Part shown: positions 55,741 to 64,000 of the stretch, one piece after another | Numbering within the stretch: the first letter of the stretch is position 1 | How the letters are laid out: every line of letters begins with the position of its first letter | Assembly (NCBI GenBank): GCA_021775855.1 | Contig: JAJFGZ010000050.1 | Coordinates: forward strand, 23,335-87,334 | Length of the DNA stretch: 64,000 nt | Reading direction: 5' to 3' | From: Hyphomicrobiales bacterium | GTDB taxonomy: Bacteria > Pseudomonadota > Alphaproteobacteria > Rhizobiales > NORP267 | Made by a program: the position numbers and the translations under genes | The notes under the pieces: model-generated | Told to the model about the DNA's origin: nothing | Seen by the model: the letters and a program-made list of their open reading frames with translations, nothing else | Database searches by the model: none

Positions 55741-56349
55741 TCAGGCAGTGTAGCTCGGGCGGGCTTTCATGGCTTCGCGCCAACGAATGAGATTTGTCTG
55801 ATCTTCAAGTTTGCGCCCGAGCACCCGCATGAAATCGATCGCGCAAATGGCGGTGATATCGGCAATCGAATAACAATCGCCCGCGATAAATTCGCGGCTC
55901 TTCAACTCATCGTCGTACAATGCAAGCGCGGCATCAATCTTCGACTGGTTAGCCTCCCCCCATTCCGCGACTTGCGGGACTTCCAGTTCGGCCATGGCCG
56001 GATGGGTATGGCGAAATGCGGACGCAATCGGGAACAGCAGGTTGAAATCGCTCCGGCGGTTCCACATTTCCACCTGCGCCCGTTCGACCGGGTTAGTTCC
56101 AAAAAGCGGCGGTTCCGGATTGGTTTCCTCGAAATAGCGGCAAACCGCGACCGATTCTGATATCGTCGTGCCGTCATCCAGTTCCAGTACCGGTACGCGC
56201 TGCATCGGGTTTTTGGCAGTGAATTCCTCCGTTTTACAATCGAGCTTCATGATATCGATTTCCTCAAAAGGAATCTCGAGGCCCTTTTCGGCGAGAAAAA
56301 TACGGACGCGGCGCGGGTTGGGGGCAATCCTGGTTTCGTAAATTTTCAT
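55741..56349 (-). CDS. Glutathione S-transferase
   Basis: 202 aa. RVRIFLAEKG, VPVLELDDGT and ESVAVCRYFE. Confidence 0.8.
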   Translation of the reverse strand: MKIYETRIAPNPRRVRIFLAEKGLEIPFEEIDIMKLDCKTEEFTAKNPMQRVPVLELDDGTTISESVAVCRYFEETNPEPPLFGTNPVERAQVEMWNRRSDFNLLFPIASAFRHTHPAMAELEVPQVAEWGEANQSKIDAALALYDDELKSREFIAGDCYSIADITAICAIDFMRVLGRKLEDQTNLIRWREAMKARPSYTA

Positions 56350-56430
56350 TTTGATGTCCTGATAATGTTGGTTGCCGCGAGTGGACCATGGGCTGGGCCG
56401 CGCTTCAAGCCCGTCCAGGAGCCAAAAGGT

Positions 56431-56955
56431 TCAAATTCCGCGCTCGCGGCGCCACTCCTGCGGGCGCTGGAATTCTCCGGACCATATGCCAAGCCGGTTT
56501 GAGCGCGCATGGCGCTCATCATCGCGATAAGCACCAAAGGAAATTGCCCAGCCGTTACGCACAAGCCAGGCATTCAAGTCCTCTCCCTCGACCTGGCAGC
56601 GGGCCAGAATTCGGTCATATTGGTCGAGTTCGATTGGATCGCAATCGACGGTGCGGCCATTGATTTTGCGCCGAAGCGCTGACCCTGCCTCGCGTCCGCA
56701 CGCCCAATTTCGGCCGTCTTTTTCGCAGTCCTGCAATGCCTCAGGAGCGTCGACCCCGTACAGACGCACCCGGCTGCCAATTATTTCAAGGGAATCACCG
56801 TCGACAACGAAGGCCGGTCCGCGCAGGGTTTCGGGCAGGCCCGAGGGCAACAGGTATATCGCCGCCAGGATGATGACAGCGATTGCAATAGTGCCTAGCC
56901 GATCACGCGATCTGTTCAGAAATCCCTGCAATCCTGCCCGCCACCTAAAATTCAC
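56431..56955 (-). CDS. Thermonuclease (SNase)-family protein, membrane-anchored or secreted
   Basis: VVDGDSLEI...VRLYGVDAPE and RILARC...DLNAWLVRNGWA. Confidence 0.75.
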   Translation of the reverse strand: MNFRWRAGLQGFLNRSRDRLGTIAIAVIILAAIYLLPSGLPETLRGPAFVVDGDSLEIIGSRVRLYGVDAPEALQDCEKDGRNWACGREAGSALRRKINGRTVDCDPIELDQYDRILARCQVEGEDLNAWLVRNGWAISFGAYRDDERHARSNRLGIWSGEFQRPQEWRRERGI

Positions 56956-57066
56956 AATTGGTTAACCATGTTATTCAGGTTGTTCTTAATACTTTCCCAC
57001 CAAAATCCAATCCTCAAAGAAATTCAGGAGCGGAACGGATTCCGCCGGTTGGAGCATGGCGCAATC

Positions 57067-58596
57067 ATGACGCGCATAAATACCAGACAGGGTATTTACG
57101 GACCCGATGTTGATCCGCCGGATGCGCGCCGACGGCGGGAACTTGTCAGCCAGGTGAGCCAGGTCCGCGAGCGGTTGACGTCGAAATCCGGCGAGGGTCC
57201 TAACTTCGACTACGAAGTTCTTCTGATCTACGCCAACAACCAGCTGCACGCACCGCTGGTCACGCCGCTACTGGGCACCGCTGTCGCGATTATGTTGACG
57301 ATCTGGGTCCCTATCACCTCGGCCTTGGTGTGGCTGTGCTCGATCCTTGTCTCCCAGGGCATCATGATGAGCCTGTGCCGGAGTTTTATAAAGTCATCCG
57401 TCACGGATATCGAGCTCGGGGTATGGCGTTCAAAATTGTCGGCCGCAGAATTTTTCTACGCGGTCACCTGGGCATCGCTGGCGCTCACCGAGGTGCCAAA
57501 CCACCAACCTGAAACCTATGTATTTGTATTCGCGACGCTGATCATCGTTCTGGCTATCCGAACTATGTTGTCGGGGGTCCTTGTGCCCACTGTGTATATC
57601 GGGACGTTGCCGATCACGATTGCCATTACCGTGAGTTTTGTCGGGATCGGCGGCGTCATATATTACGTCATGGCGGCGATTGCGCTGGGCGCGCAATTCT
57701 ATTTCACGCTGATTTCCAGGCGTATAGCTGAAAGCGCGCACGCCATGCTGACGTTTCGCGCGGAGAAAGAATCTCTGATTACCGAACTTGAAGAAGCCAA
57801 GGCCATGTCCGACGAAGCGCGGCGGCGGGCTGAAAGCTCGAATATCGCCAAATCCCGGTTTTTGGCTACCATGAGCCACGAATTGCGGACCCCGCTGAAC
57901 GCCATTCTCGGGTTTTCCGAGGTCATGAAATCAGAAATTCTAGGTCCCCACGCCAACCCGAAATACGCCGAATATGCCGGTGATATCCACCGCAGCGGCG
58001 AACACCTCCTGAACCTGATCAACGAAATCCTCGATCTGTCGCGCGTAGAAGCGGGTCAACTGGAACTCCACGAGGAGGCCATCGGACTCGTCGGCGTTGT
58101 TGAGGATTGTGTTCGGCTGGTGGAGCTTCGCGCGTCCGAAAAAGGCGTAGCACTAGTCAAAGAATTTGAGCCGCAAATGCCGAAACTCTGGGCTGATGAA
58201 CGCGCCCTTCGCCAGATATCCCTCAATCTGCTTTCCAACGCAATCAAATTCACGCCAAATGGCGGCACAATCACAATCCGCGCCGGATGGACCGAGGGTG
58301 GCGGGCAATATCTGAGCGTGCGGGATACAGGTCCCGGGATTCCTGAAGAAGAAATCCCGCAAGTCCTGACATCCTTCGGCCAAGGATCCCACGCCCAGAA
58401 AATTGCCGAACAGGGCGCCGGCCTTGGCCTGCCGATCGTCATGGGGCTGGTTGAGCTGCACGACGGCACGTTTGACCTGCAGAGCAAGCTCCGCGAGGGG
58501 ACCGCAGTCACCACCACATTCCCGCGCAAACGGGTCATGAAAGCTCTGCCGCCGGTGCCGGATGCGGAAGACCCGCAAATGCGCGGTGCTGCTTAA
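57067..58596 (+). CDS. Membrane sensor histidine kinase (HisKA + HATPase_c); no adjacent response regulator
   Basis: About 5 TM helices. H-box FLATMSHELRTPLNAI, N-box LLSNAIKFT, and G-boxes RDTGPGI / GAGLGLPIV. Start at MTRINTR preferred. Confidence 0.8.
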   Translation: MTRINTRQGIYGPDVDPPDARRRRELVSQVSQVRERLTSKSGEGPNFDYEVLLIYANNQLHAPLVTPLLGTAVAIMLTIWVPITSALVWLCSILVSQGIMMSLCRSFIKSSVTDIELGVWRSKLSAAEFFYAVTWASLALTEVPNHQPETYVFVFATLIIVLAIRTMLSGVLVPTVYIGTLPITIAITVSFVGIGGVIYYVMAAIALGAQFYFTLISRRIAESAHAMLTFRAEKESLITELEEAKAMSDEARRRAESSNIAKSRFLATMSHELRTPLNAILGFSEVMKSEILGPHANPKYAEYAGDIHRSGEHLLNLINEILDLSRVEAGQLELHEEAIGLVGVVEDCVRLVELRASEKGVALVKEFEPQMPKLWADERALRQISLNLLSNAIKFTPNGGTITIRAGWTEGGGQYLSVRDTGPGIPEEEIPQVLTSFGQGSHAQKIAEQGAGLGLPIVMGLVELHDGTFDLQSKLREGTAVTTTFPRKRVMKALPPVPDAEDPQMRGAA

Positions 58597-58738
58597 CCAA
58601 GAATATCACAAGGGCCGCCGGGTAACGGTTTTTTAGACTGTCTGGTGTCTTATCACTTATATGGCCGCGTACTGGCCATGGTTGGCCGGTGCCAGGTATC
58701 CCGGCCAAGTGCCCGATTTGTTGCGTAAAGGGTTACCC

Positions 58739-59251
58739 ATGCTGAACCGAATCCCCCTGTTGTTTCTTGTTGCCGCCGGAATCGCGGTCGCGACTGGAAT
58801 GATCGACGAGAGCACTCTCAATTTTGTGGCCGAAGATCCCGATACCGGCCCCTCTCGTCCCGCGATCAGCCGTAGCGGACCATCGGTCACCGCCATCTCT
58901 GCCGGTCAGCGCGGGCAGTTCACAGCCGAAACCCTGGTCAACGGCGTACATGTCCAGATGTTGGCCGACACCGGCGCGACGGTGGTCGCGTTGACAACTT
59001 CGGATGCCCAACGGATCGGCATTGATCTGGAATGGCTGGAATTCGACCGGCCGATCCGCACCGCGAACGGGACGGCGTTGGCAGCCGGGATCACGCTCGA
59101 CACACTGTCGGTCGGTGGCATCGAAATCCGCGACGTGAGCGCGATCGTCGTCGGCGAAGGATTGCTTGGAAATTCGCTCCTTGGCATGAGTTTTCTCGGC
59201 GCGATCTCGCGGTTCGAGATCAGGGGCGACCAAATGGTGCTATACCGCTAA
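58739..59251 (+). CDS. Retropepsin-like (clan AA) aspartic protease, membrane-anchored (TIGR02281-like)
   Basis: N-terminal TM helix. MLADTGATVVALT catalytic D-T-G motif. Confidence 0.7.
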   Translation: MLNRIPLLFLVAAGIAVATGMIDESTLNFVAEDPDTGPSRPAISRSGPSVTAISAGQRGQFTAETLVNGVHVQMLADTGATVVALTTSDAQRIGIDLEWLEFDRPIRTANGTALAAGITLDTLSVGGIEIRDVSAIVVGEGLLGNSLLGMSFLGAISRFEIRGDQMVLYR

Positions 59252-59253
59252 AT

Positions 59254-60756
59254 ATGCTGAAAAAACCCCTTCCATTGGTCGCGCCGAACACGGCCGCGTT
59301 TGAAGTCACACCGCAGGTCAAGCCGACCGGGTTTCGCGAGTATGACGCACGCTGGCGGTACCCTGAGGAAATCAACCTGCTTGGTATCCAGGCGCTCGGC
59401 CAAGGGCTTGGAACTCTTCTGCACCGGCTGGACATTACGCCGCCCGCAATCGTTGTCGGGCACGATTACCGGTCCTACTCACTCAGCATCAAACAGGCCC
59501 TGAGCCTCGGGCTGATGGCCGCCGGGTGCGACGTCCACGACATCGGACTGGCGCTTTCTCCGATGGCCTATTTCGCACAATTCGCGCTCAACGTGCCCGG
59601 CGTCGCGATGGTCACCGCGAGCCACAACGACAATGGCTGGACTGGGGTCAAGATGGGCTGCAACGCTCCCCTCACCTTTGGGCCTGATGAAATGACCCAG
59701 TTGAAAGCCATCGTCCTCGACGGTGAGCTTGATATGCGCGGTGGCGGCCACTACCAATATATTGACGGATTTGATGAGGTTTATCTGGCGGCACTCACTG
59801 ACCGGCCAAAACTGACCCGCCCGCTCCGGGTCGTAGCAGCGTGCGGCAACGGCACAGCGGGCAATTTTGCGCCACGCGCCCTGACCGCCATCGGTGCCGA
59901 AGTAATCCCGCTGAATGCACGGCTTGATCATACTTTCCCGCACCATAATCCGAACCCCGAAGACCTGAAGATGCTGAACGCGGTGCGCGATTGCGTTCTG
60001 GAAACAAAAGCCGATGTGGGGCTTGCATTCGATGGCGATGGCGACCGCTGCGGGGTTATCGACAATGAAGGCGAGGTTATTTTCGCAGACAAGGTCGGGG
60101 TCATGCTGGCGCGCGATATATCCGCGCTCCATAAAGGCGCGAAATTTGTCGCCGACGTGAAATCTACCGGATTGTTCGAGACAGACCCCGTCCTGATCGC
60201 CAATGGCGCGACGACCGAATACTGGAAGACCGGGCATTCCTACATCAAACGCCGCAGCCACGAGACCGGCGCGCTGGTGGGGTTCGAAAAAAGCGGGCAT
60301 TTCTTCTTCAACGAGCCGCTCGGGCGCGGGTACGACGACGGCATCGTGGCGGCCTTCGCGGTCCTCGACATGCTCGACAGGAACCCCTCCAAAACAATGG
60401 CCGACCTGCGCAGGGAACTGCCCATGACCTGGCAATCCCCGACCATGTCGCCGCATTGTAAGGACGAGGAGAAATACGCTGTCGTCGATAAAGTCGTCGC
60501 GCATTTCGAAGCGGCGGCGAACAATGGTGAAAATCTTGCGGGTCAAAAAATCCGGCGCGCAATCACGATCAACGGCATCCGGATCGTGCTGGATGACGGC
60601 ACCTGGGGCCTGATCCGGGCATCCTCAAACACCCCCAACTTGGTGGTTGTCTGCGAGAGCCCCACATCAGACGAAAACATGCGCGCCATGTTTGCCGAAA
60701 TCGACAAGCATCTTTCACAATATCCGGAAATCGGCAATTACGACCAGAAGATTTGA
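59254..60756 (+). CDS. Phosphomannomutase/phosphoglucomutase
   Basis: Start at MLKKPL (in frame with the longer track ORF). TASHN phosphoserine loop (VTASHNDNGW), FDGDGDRCG metal loop, and GFEKSGH. Confidence 0.85.
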   Translation: MLKKPLPLVAPNTAAFEVTPQVKPTGFREYDARWRYPEEINLLGIQALGQGLGTLLHRLDITPPAIVVGHDYRSYSLSIKQALSLGLMAAGCDVHDIGLALSPMAYFAQFALNVPGVAMVTASHNDNGWTGVKMGCNAPLTFGPDEMTQLKAIVLDGELDMRGGGHYQYIDGFDEVYLAALTDRPKLTRPLRVVAACGNGTAGNFAPRALTAIGAEVIPLNARLDHTFPHHNPNPEDLKMLNAVRDCVLETKADVGLAFDGDGDRCGVIDNEGEVIFADKVGVMLARDISALHKGAKFVADVKSTGLFETDPVLIANGATTEYWKTGHSYIKRRSHETGALVGFEKSGHFFFNEPLGRGYDDGIVAAFAVLDMLDRNPSKTMADLRRELPMTWQSPTMSPHCKDEEKYAVVDKVVAHFEAAANNGENLAGQKIRRAITINGIRIVLDDGTWGLIRASSNTPNLVVVCESPTSDENMRAMFAEIDKHLSQYPEIGNYDQKI

Positions 60757-60774
60757 TTCCCGCTAGCGGCCCGC

Positions 60775-61392
60775 TCAGGGCGAAGGGTCCTGCCTAAACT
60801 GCCGGTTTTTCCAGGATTCGAGAATTTTGACGGCCATGCTTGCCTGGTGGCGCGCGGCGGCGACCGAGCCATTCATCCGGTTATAAACCTGCATGCCCAT
60901 GGCCAGGCCGAGCAGGAACGAGGCGGCCTCCTCCAGATCAATGTCGTCATGGAGTTCGCCGATGTCGCGAGCCTTCTTCAGGGCTGAACTGAAAGCCTTC
61001 AGCATTCCGGCATAATGGTCATCGGTTCTTTTTTTAAGCTCGGCATTCTGAAGCGATGCGTTTTCAATTGCCGTGTTGACCATCAGGCAGCCAAAGTCAC
61101 GCGGGTCGTTGTCCCGTACAGTGACCGCCTCGACGAAAAACTGCGTGAGGGAATCGATGCCACCCTCAGATATCGGATCGAGAATGGTCCGGATCGCCTC
61201 CTCGGTATAATTGTCGAGAGCTTCCAGAAACAGTCCTTCCTTGCCCCCAAATTCGGTCTGAATTGCAAACCGATTCAGGTTTGTACTCCGTTCGATGGCG
61301 CGCACGCCAAGCGCGTCGTAGCCGTGCTGCCAAAATGCATCCCGCGCTTTTTCAAGCGCTTCCGACCGAATATAGCCTTTGGTTCTTGGCAT
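60775..61392 (-). CDS. TetR/AcrR-family transcriptional regulator
   Basis: The N-terminal HTH is TetR-like (FWQHGYDALGVRAIERSTNLNRFAIQTEFGGKEGLF). Confidence 0.8.
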   Translation of the reverse strand: MPRTKGYIRSEALEKARDAFWQHGYDALGVRAIERSTNLNRFAIQTEFGGKEGLFLEALDNYTEEAIRTILDPISEGGIDSLTQFFVEAVTVRDNDPRDFGCLMVNTAIENASLQNAELKKRTDDHYAGMLKAFSSALKKARDIGELHDDIDLEEAASFLLGLAMGMQVYNRMNGSVAAARHQASMAVKILESWKNRQFRQDPSP

Positions 61393-61424
61393 TTTTGAAC
61401 CTTTATCAAGACGGTTGACAATAA

Positions 61425-61467
61425 CTAGACATATGTCTAGAAATGTTTACTAGTCGATTGTCTAGAA
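61425..61467. promoter_or_regulatory. Candidate TetR operator: perfect 16-bp palindrome CTAGACATATGTCTAG plus a second TGTCTAGAA half-site
   Basis: Palindrome at 61425-61440. TGTCTAGAA recurs at 61434-61442 and 61459-61467. Located between divergent TetR and SRPBCC genes. Confidence 0.55.
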
Positions 61468-61503
61468 TATGTAATTGAAACCCCATCCACAAGCGAGTGA
61501 ATT

Positions 61504-61890
61504 ATGTCCACTATCCGAAAAACAATTGATGTGAGCGCCGCCCCAGACACTGTCTGGGCTAAAATCGCTGATGTTTCGTCCATTTCCAATCTAATTGGTT
61601 TTCTTGAAAATAGTACATTGAACGGCCAAATTCGTGTCTGCACCCTGAGCGATGGCGGAACGCTTGAAGAAGAAATTATCAGCGTGGATTCCGATCTCCA
61701 ACGCGTCGTCTATTCGATCAGGAATTCGCCTCTGAACCTGTCATTTCACGTGGCTGCAATGGAGCTGGAGCAGCATGACGGCGGAACCCGTGTGACCTGG
61801 ACCGTCGATCTAAAGCCAGATGAAGCCGCACAGCACATGGAACCGATGCTGGAGGCGGCGTGTCGGGATATGCAAACAACGCTGGCCTAA
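61504..61890 (+). CDS. SRPBCC (Bet v1/polyketide-cyclase-like) family protein
   Basis: 128 aa. IDVSAAPDTVWAKIAD... is typical of the SRPBCC N-terminus. Confidence 0.65.
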   Translation: MSTIRKTIDVSAAPDTVWAKIADVSSISNLIGFLENSTLNGQIRVCTLSDGGTLEEEIISVDSDLQRVVYSIRNSPLNLSFHVAAMELEQHDGGTRVTWTVDLKPDEAAQHMEPMLEAACRDMQTTLA

Positions 61891-62004
61891 TCGGCTTCCA
61901 GTGATCGATATCTGGCAACACGAATTCCCCGCTCACCAGATTGTCATGATGAATGTCCCTGCTCCCATGCAATGATGCCCGAAATCTGAGTAGGGAGATC
62001 AGAC

Positions 62005-62649
62005 ATGACCATCGCCAAAAAAATAGCTTCAACAGCAATCGTCGTTTTACTGAGCGGTACGCTCGCGGGCGCGGGCGACCACCCAATGGGGTTTTTCGTG
62101 ACCAGTGTTGGTATGGGGGACGGCGCAAATCTCGGCGGGCTTGAAGGAGCCGACGCCTATTGCACCAGTCTGGCGGAAGCGGCCGGCACGACCGGACGCA
62201 CCTGGCGCGCCTATCTCAGTACCCAGGAAGATGGCCGTCGGGGCATCTCGGCGCGCGACCGGATAGGCCTCGGGCCCTGGTACAATGCCAACGGCGAATT
62301 GATCGCGAGCGATATCGATATGCTGCATCTCAACCCGAACATCGTGATTCGGACGGCGGTGGACGAGAACGGCAACCGGGTCAACGGACGCGGTGATCGG
62401 CCGAACGAACACGACATGCTGACCGGATCGATGGCCGATGGCACTGCCTATTTCCCCTGGCAGGAAGGTGACCATACCTGCAGCAACTGGACCAGCAACG
62501 ACGAAGGCTCGGCCCAGGTCGGCCACCATGACAGGCACGGTGGCGGCAACACGTCGTGGAATGCTGCCCATCCGTCACGCGGGTGCAGCCAGGCCGGTCT
62601 GGTCTCAACCGGGGGTTCGGGATTGTTTTACTGTTTCGCTGCGGACTGA
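62005..62649 (+). CDS. Secreted Cys-containing hypothetical protein (DUF1554/endostatin-C-type-lectin-like pattern)
   Basis: Signal peptide. FFVTSVGMGDGANLGGLEGADAYCTSLAEAAG...WRAYLS and C-terminal LFYCFAAD match my memory of DUF1554-type proteins. Confidence 0.45.
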   Translation: MTIAKKIASTAIVVLLSGTLAGAGDHPMGFFVTSVGMGDGANLGGLEGADAYCTSLAEAAGTTGRTWRAYLSTQEDGRRGISARDRIGLGPWYNANGELIASDIDMLHLNPNIVIRTAVDENGNRVNGRGDRPNEHDMLTGSMADGTAYFPWQEGDHTCSNWTSNDEGSAQVGHHDRHGGGNTSWNAAHPSRGCSQAGLVSTGGSGLFYCFAAD

Positions 62650-62664
62650 CTGCTGAACCAATAG

Positions 62665-63663
62665 CTATTCAGCGGCGATCCGGGGCCGGTCTTCGACCAA
62701 AGCGCGGGCCTCCAGCAAAACCGCGATACCGGCGTCAGGCTTTACCCCGGCGGTGCTCAGATGCCGCCGCCACTGGCGGGCGTTGGGCTCGCCATTATAC
62801 AGGCCCAGCATGTGGCGGGTTATTTGGTGGAGGCGCGCTCCCCTGGCCAGTTGCTCCGCGATATAGGGGAGCATTTGATCGACAATTTCGCTCCGGGTCA
62901 GGGTTGGTTGCGGCGCGTCAAACAGAGATTGGTCTACGCCCGATAAAATATAAGGCGACTGGTAAGCCGCGCGCCCAAGCATGACACCATCCAAACGGGT
63001 AAGATGGCCTTCGGCCTCTTCGAGCGTCGTGATGCCGCCGTTGATGACAATCGTCACGCCCGGCAATCGCTGTTTCAGGCGGTAGACGCGGTTATAATCG
63101 AGCGGCGGCACATCGCGGTTCTGTTTCGGGCTCAAGCCGTCCAGCCAGGCTTTGCGCGCATGGACAATGATTGTTGTTATGCCTGACTCCAGTACGCAAT
63201 CAACAAACCTGTCCAGATCATTTTCGACATCGGTCTCGTCGATCCCGATCCGGCATTTGATGGTGACCGGGATATCGACCGCGTCGCGCATGGCTTTGAG
63301 GCAATCGCGGGTCAATTCCGGTTCCGCCATCAGGCAGGCGCCGAACCTGCCCGACTGGACCCGGTCGCTGGGACAGCCGACGTTGAAGTTTATTTCTCCG
63401 TAGCCGAATATCGCGGCGATGCGCGCCGCCTCGGCGAGTTTCTCGGGGTCGCTGCCGCCAAGTTGGACCGCGACAGGCTGTTCTTTCGGGTTGAACCCAA
63501 GCAGGTGCTCGCGATCGCCGTGGATGACCGCCTCGGCCGTCAACATCTCGGTGTACAACAGCGCGTTCTTCGTCATGACGCGGTGGAAAAACCGGCAGTG
63601 GCGATCTGTCCAGTCCATCATCGGCGCGACGGCGAATATCTTGCAATTATATATCGACTGCAT
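62665..63663 (-). CDS. dusA: tRNA-dihydrouridine(20/20a) synthase DusA
   Basis: APMMDWTDRHCRFFHR, NVGCPSDRVQ and IHARKAWL. 332 aa. Confidence 0.9.
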   Translation of the reverse strand: MQSIYNCKIFAVAPMMDWTDRHCRFFHRVMTKNALLYTEMLTAEAVIHGDREHLLGFNPKEQPVAVQLGGSDPEKLAEAARIAAIFGYGEINFNVGCPSDRVQSGRFGACLMAEPELTRDCLKAMRDAVDIPVTIKCRIGIDETDVENDLDRFVDCVLESGITTIIVHARKAWLDGLSPKQNRDVPPLDYNRVYRLKQRLPGVTIVINGGITTLEEAEGHLTRLDGVMLGRAAYQSPYILSGVDQSLFDAPQPTLTRSEIVDQMLPYIAEQLARGARLHQITRHMLGLYNGEPNARQWRRHLSTAGVKPDAGIAVLLEARALVEDRPRIAAE

Positions 63664-63825
63664 GGATCGTTCTTCGATCGGTCGGAGGATAACAGGCCCG
63701 GACCGGGATAAATGGTTCAGGGCTTATACCCGATCTGAAAGGCGGCTGCACCGAAAATGAATGCCTGTCCGGAGCCGGCTGCGCCGATTTCGCCACCGCT
63801 GTTTCTTCCAAGCCCAGCCGATTTG

Positions 63826-63999
63826 CTACAGGTTCAAGTGAGGCTCTCTGCCGCCGGTGGGGGTGCGCATGGCCTCTATAATGGCCCGCATATCCTCGGG
63901 CGTGGGCGTGCGCGGGCTCATTTTTACTTGCCCGCTGGCCATCGCGGCTGTGGCAAGCGCATCGCGTTCCGCGTCTGATTTGACAAAATCATCGAGGCT
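63826..63999 (-). CDS. 3' end (57 codons) of an unidentified gene that starts beyond the window
   Basis: Hand translation is open from the window edge: ...SLDDFVKSDAERDALATAAMASGQVKMSPRTPTPEDMRAIIEAMRTPTGGREPHLNL*. Not in the ORF track (truncated). Function unknown. Confidence 0.3.
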   Translation of the reverse strand, partial: SLDDFVKSDAERDALATAAMASGQVKMSPRTPTPEDMRAIIEAMRTPTGGREPHLNL

Positions 64000-64000
64000 T

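Noticed and set aside
1-64000. tRNA, rRNA, tmRNA, RNase P and CRISPR loci, and phage or defence-system genes.
   Set aside because: None were recognised on reading the non-coding gaps, which are all under 275 nt. No cloverleaf-like or array-like structures were found. tRNAscan-SE or Infernal would be needed to exclude small RNAs formally.

Overview
This is a 64-kb chromosomal segment from a moderately GC-rich proteobacterium. The gene content looks alphaproteobacterial, but the taxon cannot be proven from the sequence alone. I call about 75 protein-coding genes and recognised no rRNA, tRNA, CRISPR array, transposase or integrase. Layout: (1) 1-4003: a co-oriented minus-strand cluster encoding two Sec-exported 'cysteine-ladder' repeat proteins, a periplasmic or membrane-anchored FGE/SUMF1-family enzyme, a secreted beta-rich protein and a His-rich cytoplasmic protein. 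One of the repeat proteins is missing from the supplied ORF track because it runs off the window. This cluster is my best candidate for an undescribed system. (2) 4.9-9.5 kb: a MarR-controlled aryl/acyl-CoA ligase, acyl-CoA dehydrogenase, enoyl-CoA hydratase and RidA module. (3) 10.6-12.9 kb: a TupBCA-type tungstate ABC transporter. (4) 12.9-19.6 kb: envelope proteases, outer-membrane proteins and housekeeping genes. (5) 20.1-35.9 kb: a periplasmic Tat-dependent formate dehydrogenase (Cys-type alpha subunit, beta, gamma, small Tat-target protein, TorD-like chaperone). Its operon continues into a tightly coupled string of uncharacterised genes: a WD40-cytochrome c fusion, an unannotated 42-codon membrane ORF, an HtrA-like protease, a small protein, a degenerate biotin/lipoate-ligase-like protein, two unknowns and a small membrane protein. 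Next to it, a DUF3305/DUF3306/ankyrin operon lies divergent from a 699-aa poly-ferredoxin. (6) Moco genes: moaA at 36.2 kb, and an fdhD-mobA fusion, mobB and moeA at 48.2-51.5 kb. (7) 37.3-39.8 kb: a visibly more AT-rich GST-ArsR-SRPBCC cassette bracketed by a ~230-bp direct duplication of the 3' end of a nitroreductase gene. (8) 39.9-42.3 kb: an operon pairing a Tat-exported two-domain multicopper oxidase with an N-terminally extended ZIP transporter. (9) 42.4-64 kb: mixed metabolism and housekeeping, including haloalkane dehalogenase, phosphomannomutase, dusA and an orphan histidine kinase. All family assignments rest on motifs read by eye and on memory of family signatures; no database search was run.
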